DNA of 25,308 nucleotides from Myxococcales bacterium (GCA_038320275.1 JBBQEB010000044.1:1-25308), one strand, 5' to 3'; counted from the first letter of the stretch, positions 8,871-17,289 are shown. Notes: generated by a model from the sequence alone, not told the origin. Made by a program: numbers and translations.

Positions 8871-10190
8871 ATGACGGCTCCGGTCGTCCTCGCCAGTGCG
8901 CACAACCTCGGGCTGCTGTTCCCTGCCTGGAGCGTCGCGCCGTTCGGCCTCTTGCTGCTCTGCATCGCGGTCCTGCCGCTGGTGGCCGGGCACTTCTGGG
9001 AGAGCAACCGCAACAAGGCGCTCGTCAGCCTCGTGCTCGGTGCCCCGGTGGCGATCGCCACGGGATGGCTCGACGTCGGGGCGCTGGCCCAGACGGCGCA
9101 CGAGTACGTCGCCTTCATCATCCTGCTCGGCGCGCTCTTCGTGATCTCGGGCGGCATCGTGGTCCGTGGGACGCTGGCGGGCACGCCGGGATTGAACGCC
9201 GGTCTGCTCGCGGCGGGCGCGCTCCTCGCCTCGGTCATCGGCACCACCGGCGCGTCGATGGTGCTCATCCGGCCGATCCTCCGTGCCAACTCGGTGCGCC
9301 GCAAGGTGGCTCACGTCGTCATCTTCTTCATCTTCGTGGTGAGCAACGCCGGCGGCCTCCTGACCCCGGTCGGTGACCCTCCGCTCTTCCTCGGATTCCT
9401 GCGCGGGGTGCCGTTCCTCTGGACGCTGCGCCTCGCCCCGCACTGGCTGTTCGTGAACGGCATCCTCCTCGTGCTCTTCTACATCGTCGACTCGACCATC
9501 TTCCGGCGCGAGGACATCGCCCGGCCTGGCGACCTCGACGAGATCGCGGTGGAGCACCAGGTGCCGGTGCACGTCGTCGGGAAGTGGAACGCCCTGTACC
9601 TGGGCGGCATCGTGGGCGTGCTCATCGTCTCCGGGACGTGGCACCTGCCTCCGGGCGTGCAGGAGGTGGGCATGCTGGCCATGGCGGGCCTCTCCTGGCT
9701 CACCACGGCACGCGAGCTCCGTCGCGAGAACGACTTCCGCTGGGGCCCCATCGTGGAGGTGGCGGTGGTCTTCGCGGGCGTGTTCGCCACCATGAGCCCG
9801 GCGCTGCACATCTTGAACGCGCGCGGTGGTGAGCTCGGACTCTCCAGCCCATGGCAGTTCTTCTGGGGCTCGGGCCTGCTCTCATCCTTCCTCGACAACG
9901 CGCCCACCTACCTCACGTTCACGGCGGCGGCGAGCGGCGTCGTCGGCACGGATGCGGCGCATCTCGGGGAGCTCCTCGCGAGCGGCCGCGGGGCGTCGCT
10001 CCTCGCCGCCGTGTCGCTCGGCTCGGTGCTGATGGGGGCCAACACCTACATCGGCAACGGTCCGAACTTCATGGTGCGGGCAATCGCGGAGCAGGGCGGC
10101 GTGAAGATGCCGAGCTTCTTTGGCTATATGGCCTGGAGCGGGGCAGTGCTGTTGCCGATCTTCGGCGCCCTGACGTTGCTGTTCCTGTAA
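8871..10190 (+). CDS. Ion-transporter superfamily permease (CitMHS_2-like, often annotated sodium:proton antiporter or putative citrate transporter)
   Basis: IGTTGASM, SNAGGLLTPVGDPPLFLGFLRGVPF, SSFLDNAPTY, GANTYIGNGPNFMV and MPSFFGY motifs. Confidence 0.85.
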   Translation: MTAPVVLASAHNLGLLFPAWSVAPFGLLLLCIAVLPLVAGHFWESNRNKALVSLVLGAPVAIATGWLDVGALAQTAHEYVAFIILLGALFVISGGIVVRGTLAGTPGLNAGLLAAGALLASVIGTTGASMVLIRPILRANSVRRKVAHVVIFFIFVVSNAGGLLTPVGDPPLFLGFLRGVPFLWTLRLAPHWLFVNGILLVLFYIVDSTIFRREDIARPGDLDEIAVEHQVPVHVVGKWNALYLGGIVGVLIVSGTWHLPPGVQEVGMLAMAGLSWLTTARELRRENDFRWGPIVEVAVVFAGVFATMSPALHILNARGGELGLSSPWQFFWGSGLLSSFLDNAPTYLTFTAAASGVVGTDAAHLGELLASGRGASLLAAVSLGSVLMGANTYIGNGPNFMVRAIAEQGGVKMPSFFGYMAWSGAVLLPIFGALTLLFL

Positions 10191-10304
10191 CGCCCTGCCC
10201 TCGTTTCGCCGCCGAGCGACGCACGCCCTCGGTCAGCCGATGGACAGCTTCGCCGGGGCCGGAGGCTTCGGACGCTTCGCCCTCCACCGCGGGCGCGGTG
10301 CGCT

Positions 10305-10310
10305 TATCTT
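10305..10310 (+). promoter_or_regulatory. -10-like box TATCTT 6 nt upstream of GTG 10317; probable leaderless promoter
   Basis: TATCTT gtcacc GTG with no SD. Confidence 0.45.
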
Positions 10311-10316
10311 GTCACC

Positions 10317-11258
10317 GTGCCTCGAACCCCCTTGCGCGTCGTCACCTACAACGTCCGCTACTTCGGCCATGCGCTGAAGGGGCTCGCCTCGACCCGCTCG
10401 TCGCAGCGCCGCATCGCCGGCCAGCTCGCGACGCTCGTGCCGCTCGCCGACGTCGTCTGCCTGCAGGAGATCGAGACCATCTCGCTGCGCTCGCGGCTCG
10501 CCTTCCGGGCAGGCGTGCCCGGGGAGACCCAGCTCGAGGCCTTCATGCACGAGGTGGACAGAGCCTTCGAGGTCCAGGGCCGGCGCTCGCCCTACGAGAG
10601 CTTCTACTTCCGGGCACACGTGAACCAGCTTCGTGGAGTGCCCATTTCCACCACCGGGCTCGCCATCCTCGTGAACGCCCGCCGGGTGCGGGTCGACCGC
10701 CACAACGTCGAGTCGCCAGAGCGCATCACGCACCACCACGTCGCGCGCTTCAAGGACCGCAAGCAGACCCGCATCTGCGCCCACATGCGCGTGGCGGCGA
10801 GCGGCGGGCGCTGCCTCCACGTGTTCAACACCCACCTTTCGCTGCCGACCCCGTTCGCACGCTCCTTCTGGTTGGAGCGGCTCAGGATGGGCTGGGGATC
10901 CAACCAGCTCCACGAGGCGCGAACGCTCGCCGCGTTCGTCCGGCGGCACGCCGCCGACGAGCCGTTCGTCGTGTGCGGAGACTTCAACTCCGCGCCAGGC
11001 TCGCCCGTCTTCGACTACCTGACCCGGGAGGCCGGCTTCGTCTGCGCCGAGTCGGTTCAGGGCCTCCTCGACGGCCAGGATCCCAGGGCCTTTCCAACGG
11101 CAGGGTTCATGCGGCTCCGCATGCACCTCGACCACGTCTTCACGGGCAATGGCCTCACCTGCCTCGATCTGGAGGGGACGACCGCCTTCGGAGACCCCAG
11201 GGGCCGCTTCGCCGGGCTCTCCGACCACGTACCTCTCATCGGGCGCTTCAGGGTGTGA
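10317..11258 (+). CDS. Endonuclease/exonuclease/phosphatase (EEP) family protein
   Basis: VVTYNV, DVVCLQE, NTHL, CGDFNS, LDHVF and SDHVP catalytic motifs. Confidence 0.9.
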   Translation: MPRTPLRVVTYNVRYFGHALKGLASTRSSQRRIAGQLATLVPLADVVCLQEIETISLRSRLAFRAGVPGETQLEAFMHEVDRAFEVQGRRSPYESFYFRAHVNQLRGVPISTTGLAILVNARRVRVDRHNVESPERITHHHVARFKDRKQTRICAHMRVAASGGRCLHVFNTHLSLPTPFARSFWLERLRMGWGSNQLHEARTLAAFVRRHAADEPFVVCGDFNSAPGSPVFDYLTREAGFVCAESVQGLLDGQDPRAFPTAGFMRLRMHLDHVFTGNGLTCLDLEGTTAFGDPRGRFAGLSDHVPLIGRFRV

Positions 11259-13374
11259 GGGACGCAGGCCTCGCCAGGACGGCCAGCGACCGGCCCCCCA
11301 CCTCTACTGCGCCGCGCGCGTAGAGCCGGTCGCGCTTGGCGTCGCTCGCGCCCGCGGTGTCGATCAGGATCTCCCACGCCTCGCCCCAGTCGATGTCCGG
11401 CAGAGTGTAGCTCACGGGCTCGTGGTGCGCGTTCATGAGCACGAGGAGCGTGTCTCCCACCACGCGCTGGCCGCGCTCGTCGGAGGTGGCGATGGTGTCC
11501 CCGCCCAGCAGGTACCCCAGGGAACGCACGTAGGGCTGCTCCCAGTCCTCGGGGGTCATCTCCTGGCCGTCCGGACGGAACCAGGCCAGGTCCTTGAGCG
11601 ATGAATCGCGAAAGGTGGCGCCCCGGAAGAAGCGGCGGCGCTGCAGCACCGGCTGCGATTGCCGGAGCCGGAGCATGCGCATGGTGAACCCCAGCAAGGC
11701 CTCGCGGCGGGCGTCCAGCTTCCAGTCGAGCCAGGAGATCTCGTTGTCCTGGCAGTACGCGTTGTTGTTTCCGCCCTGCGTCTTGCCGATCTCGTCGCCC
11801 GAGCAGAGCATCGGTACGCCCTGTGCCAGGAAGAGCGTCGCGATGAGGTTGCGCTGCTGGCGATCGCGGAGCTCTAAGATCCCTGGGTCGTCGGTCTCGC
11901 CCTCGGCGCCGCAGTTCCAGGAGGCGTTGTCGTCGCCGCCGTCCCGGTTCATCTCCCCGTTCGCCTCGTTGTGCTTGTGGTTGTAGGAGACGAGGTCGTG
12001 CAGGGTGAAGCCGTCGTGGCAGGTGACGAAGTTCACGCTGGCGAAGATCTTGCGACCGGCGCTCTGGTACAGGTCGGAAGACCCGGTCATGCGCCACCCC
12101 AGCTCGCCGTGCGCGATGTCGCCCTTCCAGAAGCGGCGCACCGTGTCGCGGAACTTCCCGTTCCACTCCGACCACTGCACCGGGAACTGCCCCACGTTGT
12201 AGGACCCGATGTCCCAGGGCTCGGCGATGAGCTTCACCTTCTGCAGGGTCGGGTCCTGGTGGCACGCCTGCAGGAAATTGCCCGCAGCGTCGAAGTCGAA
12301 GGGATCGCGCGCCAGCTCGCTCGCGAGGTCGAAGCGGAAGCCATCGACGTGCATCTCCTCCACCCAGTAGCGGAGGGAGTCCATCACGAGCTTCAGCGTC
12401 TGGGGATGGGGGCTGTTGAGGCTGTTGCCGCAGCCGGTGGAGTCCCAGTAGTGGCGGCGGTCCTCCGGCGAGAGGCGGTAGTAGGTGGCGTTGTCGAGGC
12501 CCTTCAAGGAGAGCGTGGGCCCGAGGTGATTCCCCTCGGCGGTGTGGTTGTAGACGACGTCGAGGATGACCTCGATGCCCGCCTTGTGAAGCGCCTTCAC
12601 CATGTCGCGGAACTCGTTCACCTGCTGCCCGCGCGTCCCGCTCGCGGCGTAGCGCTGCTCCGGGGCGAAGAAGGCGATGGTGTTGTATCCCCAGTGATTC
12701 TCGAGGCCCTTGTCGGTGAGGTACGCGTCGTCGGTGAACTCGTGGATGGGGAGGAGCTCCACCGCCGTGATCCCGAGCTTCTTCAAATATCCGATGGACG
12801 CGGGGTGGCCGAAGCCGGCGTAGGTGCCGCGCAGGTTCTCCGGCACGCCCGGGTGACGCATGGTGAATCCACGGACGTGCACCTCGTAGATGACGGACTG
12901 CTGCCACCAGGTGCGCGGAGCGGTGTCGTCCCCCCAGTCGTAGCCGTTCCCCATCACCACGCACTTCGGCACCCCGGGCGCGCTGTCGCGGTCATCGAAG
13001 GTGTCGTCGGTGGAGCCGGGTGGATAGGCGAAGATGGGCTGCTTGAAGTCCGCCTCGCCGGAGAGGGCTTTCGCGTACGGGTCGATGAGGAGCTTGTTTC
13101 CGTTGAACCGGAGGCCCTTCTCGGGCTGGTAGGGCCCCCAGGCGCGAAAGCCGTAGAGGGTCCCGGGCTTCAGGCCCGGCACGTAGCCGTGCCACACGTG
13201 CGCAGTGGTCTCGGGGAGGGGGATGCGCCGCAGCTCCTTGGCGGGATCGTCTGGGTCGAAGATGCACAGCTCCACCCGCTCGGCACCGCTGGAGTACACG
13301 GCGAAGTTCACGCCCTCTTCGTCCGCGGTGGCGCCCAGCGGATGATGCCGTCCCGGCCAGACCTTCTCGTTCAT
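11248..13374 (-). CDS. glgX: Glycogen debranching enzyme (isoamylase, GH13)
   Basis: WPGRHHPLGAT, WGYNTIAFFAP, DVVYNHTAEG, VDGFRFDLA, IAEPWD, NFVTCHDGFTL and GNNNAYCQDNEISW. Real start is ATG 13374 (MNEKVW). Confidence 0.96.
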   Translation of the reverse strand: MNEKVWPGRHHPLGATADEEGVNFAVYSSGAERVELCIFDPDDPAKELRRIPLPETTAHVWHGYVPGLKPGTLYGFRAWGPYQPEKGLRFNGNKLLIDPYAKALSGEADFKQPIFAYPPGSTDDTFDDRDSAPGVPKCVVMGNGYDWGDDTAPRTWWQQSVIYEVHVRGFTMRHPGVPENLRGTYAGFGHPASIGYLKKLGITAVELLPIHEFTDDAYLTDKGLENHWGYNTIAFFAPEQRYAASGTRGQQVNEFRDMVKALHKAGIEVILDVVYNHTAEGNHLGPTLSLKGLDNATYYRLSPEDRRHYWDSTGCGNSLNSPHPQTLKLVMDSLRYWVEEMHVDGFRFDLASELARDPFDFDAAGNFLQACHQDPTLQKVKLIAEPWDIGSYNVGQFPVQWSEWNGKFRDTVRRFWKGDIAHGELGWRMTGSSDLYQSAGRKIFASVNFVTCHDGFTLHDLVSYNHKHNEANGEMNRDGGDDNASWNCGAEGETDDPGILELRDRQQRNLIATLFLAQGVPMLCSGDEIGKTQGGNNNAYCQDNEISWLDWKLDARREALLGFTMRMLRLRQSQPVLQRRRFFRGATFRDSSLKDLAWFRPDGQEMTPEDWEQPYVRSLGYLLGGDTIATSDERGQRVVGDTLLVLMNAHHEPVSYTLPDIDWGEAWEILIDTAGASDAKRDRLYARGAVEVGGRSLAVLARPASLTP

Positions 13375-13380
13375 GCGCGA

Positions 13381-13386
13381 AGCGTA
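13381..13386 (-). promoter_or_regulatory. -10 box TACGCT 6 nt upstream of the glgX ATG; probable leaderless promoter
   Basis: Minus strand reads TACGCT tcgcgc ATG, with no SD. Confidence 0.5.
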
Positions 13387-13450
13387 GTGCGTCGATTGGC
13401 CGGCGCCCACAGGATTCGCGTGCAGACCTCGCAGCGCTTCCGGAGGCCCG

Positions 13451-14281
13451 ATGATCAAACGCCACGCCACCCGTACGCTGCGCGACCCGCGCACCGGCCA
13501 CTCCCGCCCGGACGAGGTCGCGGTGGAGGAACCGCTCGAGATCCGCGTCGCCGGCGACCCGGTGGCGGTCACCATGCGCACGCCAGGAGACGATGGCGAC
13601 CTCGCGCTGGGGTTCCTCCTGGCGGAGGGGATCATCGAGGCGGCTGCCGATGTGGGGGCCGTCTTCCACTGCGGGCGGCCGGGCGACGAGGGCTACGGCA
13701 ACGTGATCGACGTCGCGCCGGGCGCCGGGGCCTCGCTCGACGTCGATCGGGTGGAGGCGAGCCGACGAGGGACCCTCACCACCGCGGCGTGCGGGGTGTG
13801 CGGCCGGCGCACCGTGGCCGACCTCATGGAGCGGATGGCGCTCGTGCCCCCGGGGTCGGCGCTCGCCCTGGAGGTGGTGACCGCCTCGGTCGCCTCCCTC
13901 CGCGAGGCGCAGGGCGTCTTCGCACGGACCGGGGGCACGCACGCGGCGGCGGCCCACCTCGCAGACGGCCGAAGGCTCACCATGGCGGAGGACGTCGGCC
14001 GCCACAACGCGGTGGACAAGGTGGTCGGCGCGCTCCTGCGCGCCGGGGCGGTCGGGCGAGGCGCCGATCCCGCGCTCCGCCCGGCGCTCCTCGTGGTGAG
14101 CGGGAGAGCGAGCTTCGAGATGGTGCAGAAGGCGGTCCGGGCTGGCGTGCCCGTCCTGGCGAGCGTCTCGGCCCCCACCACCCTCGCCGTCGACCTCGCC
14201 GAGGAAGCGGGGCTCGCGCTGGTGGGCTTCGTGCGGGGTGAGCGGCTCAACGTGTATGCCCACCCCGAGCGGCTGCGCTGA
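13451..14281 (+). CDS. fdhD: Formate dehydrogenase accessory sulfurtransferase FdhD
   Basis: VEEPLEIRV, TMRTPG, CGVCG, FARTGGTHAA, EDVGRHNAVDK, SGRASFEMVQKA and VSAPT motifs. GGAGG SD. Confidence 0.95.
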   Translation: MIKRHATRTLRDPRTGHSRPDEVAVEEPLEIRVAGDPVAVTMRTPGDDGDLALGFLLAEGIIEAAADVGAVFHCGRPGDEGYGNVIDVAPGAGASLDVDRVEASRRGTLTTAACGVCGRRTVADLMERMALVPPGSALALEVVTASVASLREAQGVFARTGGTHAAAAHLADGRRLTMAEDVGRHNAVDKVVGALLRAGAVGRGADPALRPALLVVSGRASFEMVQKAVRAGVPVLASVSAPTTLAVDLAEEAGLALVGFVRGERLNVYAHPERLR

Positions 14282-14303
14282 AGTGCCGTGGCGGCCGGGC
14301 GAA

Positions 14304-14331
14304 AGGCGCGGCCCCCGTGGGCGCCGCGCCT
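14304..14331. terminator. GC-rich hairpin just after fdhD, between convergent transcription units
   Basis: Perfect 9-bp stem AGGCGCGGC / GCCGCGCCT. No long U tract (only TTT on the minus strand). Confidence 0.35.
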
Positions 14332-14346
14332 CGCGATGGCCTGTCG

Positions 14347-14586
14347 TCAGCCACCCCGCACGAGGCCATGCCCTCGGCGGAAGGTCACCGCCATCCGTCC
14401 GCGCTCCGCCCCGGGCGAGGGCGAGGGCGAGGGCGCAGCGCGGTCCGCCGTCCCTTCCGCCGCAGGGTCGCGCCCGGCGCGATGCGCTCCGCCCGGTCGC
14501 CGTTCCCTGTCGCCCAGGAAGCACGGTCCTGGAAGGTCCCGCAGTACGAGCTGCACGATGGGGTCGATGGTGAGGTCCTGCCGCAT
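14347..14586 (-). pseudogene. Possible remnant of a [NiFe]-hydrogenase large subunit (hybC-like) N-terminus
   Basis: ATG 8 nt after the hybB-like stop, with AGGTGG SD. It begins MRQDLTIDPIV, resembling MSQRITIDPV of HybC, then degenerates (no TRIEGH, no RICGVC). Confidence 0.4.
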
Positions 14587-14594
14587 GTGACCAC

Positions 14595-15818
14595 CTATCC
14601 ACGAGCGAGCGCCTCGCGCTCGCCCGCCCCATGCACGGCGTGGGAAGCCGGCTCGGCAAGCTCGACCACGGGTACGAGCCGGGACACGATCGCGAACACG
14701 GCGCCGCCGAGGGCGGCCATGCCGACGGTGACGGCGATCTCGCCGTACGACGGGAAGTAGGTGTACCCAGCGCCAGGGTCGAAGCAGGTGATGAAGGCGT
14801 CGAGCCGCCAGAGCGCGCCGGCGGCGACCGCCATCATGGCGCCGAGGAGCAGGGCGGGCCGACTCGACCGCACGCGGGAGGAGAAGAACATGAGCGCCGG
14901 GAGGACGAAGAACGCCAGCTCCACGGCGAAGAGCCCGGCGTGCCAGTCGGCCCTGGCGAGGAGGTGGAGCTTGCCCGCGAGGGCGAGGTCGCCCAGCCGG
15001 AGCCCCACGTAGAGGAGGAGGAACCCGCCGTTCGCGAGGCAGAGCGCCCGCAGGAGCCGGGGCTCGAGCGCCGCGCGCCAGGTCCGGTTCATGAGCGTGA
15101 CGAGCACCACCACCGCGCCGAAGCCCATCGACAGGCAGGAGACGAGCGCGAGGAGCGGGAGCAGGGGGGTGTGCCAGAGCGCATGCACCTTCGTCCCCGC
15201 GATGAGGAGGAGCCCGCCCAGCGAGCTCTGGTGCATGGTGGGCAGGAGCATGGCGAGCGCGATGATGTACGGCATGGCGAGGGCGAGGCGGGCGCCCCAG
15301 CGACGCCCGCGCGCCGCCCAGCCGGGAGAGCGGCTCGCCGCGGCGCGCTCGAGCACCGCAGGCAGCACCTCGATCCACAGGACGCACACGTACAGGCAGA
15401 CGCAGACCGCGACCTCGAGGAGGACCGAGCTCACGTTCCACATGGAGGGAAGGGCGAGCCAGTACATGTTCCAGTAGCGGCCGAGCGCCACCACGATGGA
15501 CGATCCGCCCAGCGTGTAGGCGATGGCTCCCAGCAGCACCGAGGGGCGGACGAGAGGGTGGTACTCGCCCTTCCCGAGGAGGTAGCAGAGCAGGCCCACC
15601 GAGTAGGCCCCGGCGCCGATGCCGGTGAAGACGACCACGTTCACCGGCTCCCAGATGCCCCAGGCGTAGCCGTCGTTCATGTTGCTGACGGCACCGATGC
15701 CGGCGACGAACCGATAGGCGATCACCACCGCGCCGATGCCGAAGATGGCGAGGAGCGCCAGGACGGGGAAGTCGATGATCTTGCCGGCGACGGGCCGGGC
15801 CTGCGCGTGCGTGCTCAC
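14595..15818 (-). CDS. hybB: NrfD/PsrC-family membrane subunit, HybB-like (hydrogenase-2 quinone-interacting subunit)
   Basis: GIGAVSNMNDGYAWGIW, YHPLVRP, LGRYWN, SVLLEVAVC, LPTMHQSSLG, HALWHT and YFPSYGE. GTG start overlaps the upstream TGA (GTGA). Confidence 0.85.
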   Translation of the reverse strand: MSTHAQARPVAGKIIDFPVLALLAIFGIGAVVIAYRFVAGIGAVSNMNDGYAWGIWEPVNVVVFTGIGAGAYSVGLLCYLLGKGEYHPLVRPSVLLGAIAYTLGGSSIVVALGRYWNMYWLALPSMWNVSSVLLEVAVCVCLYVCVLWIEVLPAVLERAAASRSPGWAARGRRWGARLALAMPYIIALAMLLPTMHQSSLGGLLLIAGTKVHALWHTPLLPLLALVSCLSMGFGAVVVLVTLMNRTWRAALEPRLLRALCLANGGFLLLYVGLRLGDLALAGKLHLLARADWHAGLFAVELAFFVLPALMFFSSRVRSSRPALLLGAMMAVAAGALWRLDAFITCFDPGAGYTYFPSYGEIAVTVGMAALGGAVFAIVSRLVPVVELAEPASHAVHGAGEREALARG

Positions 15819-16753
15819 GAGTCGCTCCTCTCCGAGGGGGGCGGCTTCGCCTCGGACTTCTTGTTCCGGCGGATGACGAAGGCCGCGGCGGCGTACAGCG
15901 CGACCGGGGTGAGGCCGTGCAGGAAGGGCGCGTGCGAGATGCCCTCCGAGAAGGAGGCATTGGAGCGCTCCGGCAGGACGGGCAAACCGAGCTGCGCAAA
16001 GGTCACGCCAGCGGGGGCGAGATAGAGCACCTGGGTGCCACCCCCGTCCGTCTCCCCGTACACGCGCGGAGCGTAGCGGCCCGGCTCGGCGGCGATGCGC
16101 CGCTTCGCCTCGGCCAGGAGCTCCGAGCGTTTGCCGTAGACCACCGCCTCGGCCGGGCAGACCTCGCAGCAGGCAGGGTTGGCAACGGCGAGCGGCCCTT
16201 CCTTGGTGGCGTCCCGCCGGTGCCGGCAGAGCTCGCACTTCACGATGCGCGGGAAGGTCTCCTTCCACTCGAAGCGCGGGACGTTGAAGGCGCAGGCGAT
16301 CTGGCAGTAGCGGCAGCCGAGGCAGAGCCCCGGGTCATAGAGGACGACGCCGGTGCCCTTCCTCTCGCCGCCGGCGTCCCGCTTGCCCTCGCCCTCCTTG
16401 TGCAGCGCGCCCAGCATGCAGGCGGAGACGCAGGACGGGTCGATGCAGTGCATGCACTGGCGCTTCACCTTCGCCGCGGACCCGCCGCAGTCCACCTCGC
16501 CCACGGTGCTCTTCTGGACTTCCTTCTTCACGAGGCCGTTCGCCTCCTTGCACGAAGCGGTGCACGCGCCGCAGTTCTCGCAGCGGGTGGAGTCGTACAG
16601 CATGCCCACCGCGTCCGGGCTCGCCTTACGCGCCTCGTGTCCCGCGGAGGCGTGGTGCTCCGTGGCGGCGGCTCTCCCCGCCACCGCGGTGGCTGCGCCC
16701 GCGGCTCCGGCGGCGAGCGCGCCCCGGAAGAGGGTTCGGCGTGAGATCTTCAT
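15815..16753 (-). CDS. hybA: Tat-exported 4x[4Fe-4S] ferredoxin subunit, HybA-like, with C-terminal membrane anchor
   Basis: Tat signal SRRTLF; Cys groups CENCGACTASC, CMHCIDPSCVSAC, CLGCRYCQIAC and CELC...CCEVCP; VYGETDGGGTQVLYL; C-terminal hydrophobic helix followed by RRNKK. Confidence 0.88.
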   Translation of the reverse strand: MKISRRTLFRGALAAGAAGAATAVAGRAAATEHHASAGHEARKASPDAVGMLYDSTRCENCGACTASCKEANGLVKKEVQKSTVGEVDCGGSAAKVKRQCMHCIDPSCVSACMLGALHKEGEGKRDAGGERKGTGVVLYDPGLCLGCRYCQIACAFNVPRFEWKETFPRIVKCELCRHRRDATKEGPLAVANPACCEVCPAEAVVYGKRSELLAEAKRRIAAEPGRYAPRVYGETDGGGTQVLYLAPAGVTFAQLGLPVLPERSNASFSEGISHAPFLHGLTPVALYAAAAFVIRRNKKSEAKPPPSERSDS

Positions 16754-16781
16754 GGCAGTGGACCCTGATGGAAGACGGCGG

Positions 16782-17063
16782 CTACTTCGTGGAGGGGGGG
16801 ACGGGCGGGTACGCGCCCGTGAGGAACGTGATCACGCCGAAGAGCGTGACGCCGAGCCCGATGGACGTGCCGAACGCGATCGGCGCGAGCACCGCCGCCT
16901 GGGAGGTGACGAGCGGGCTCACGAAGAGCCACAGCAGCGAGAGCACGGGGAGGGCGAGGATTCCGATGACGGATGCCTTGACGGCGGCGACGGCCCAGTG
17001 TGGAGGGGCCTCTTCGTGGAATGTGGACAGATGGAGAGCCCCACCCTGGATAGCGCGGTGCAT
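16782..17063 (-). CDS. Small hypothetical membrane protein (93 aa, 2 TM), first gene of the hybAB-like operon
   Basis: ATG with GAAAGG upstream, two hydrophobic helices, ends 28 nt before hybA and lies downstream of a sigma54 promoter. Confidence 0.65.
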   Translation of the reverse strand: MHRAIQGGALHLSTFHEEAPPHWAVAAVKASVIGILALPVLSLLWLFVSPLVTSQAAVLAPIAFGTSIGLGVTLFGVITFLTGAYPPVPPSTK

Positions 17064-17120
17064 GGTCGGCCTTTCAGTTCGTGATGGAGTCGATTGGATT
17101 GCTACACGTCACGAGAGAAG

Positions 17121-17137
17121 AGCAGCGAACGTGCCAG
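17121..17137 (-). promoter_or_regulatory. Sigma54 (-24/-12) promoter
   Basis: Minus strand CTGGCACGTTCGCTGCT versus consensus YTGGCACG-N4-TTGCW. GG and GC are correctly spaced, and a GAFTGA activator gene is adjacent. Confidence 0.75.
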
Positions 17138-17265
17138 CCACCCGGCGAGCCCAAGGTGCTGCAATCATGGAGGGCGGGGCGAGGTCCCGCGGACGTCCCG
17201 CTGGAAGGAACCTGAGCGGGTGCGCGAAAACGACTGGGCCGCAGCGAAAGCGAGCTGCACGATCC

Positions 17266-17289
17266 CTTGTCACCCGGACGGGTGAAAAG
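17266..17289. promoter_or_regulatory. Palindrome CTTgTCACCCG-GA-CGGGTGAaAAG; candidate upstream activating sequence (or terminator hairpin)
   Basis: Perfect 7-bp arms at 17270-17276 and 17279-17285, extendable by 3 bp, about 130-150 nt upstream of the -24 element. Confidence 0.45.
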
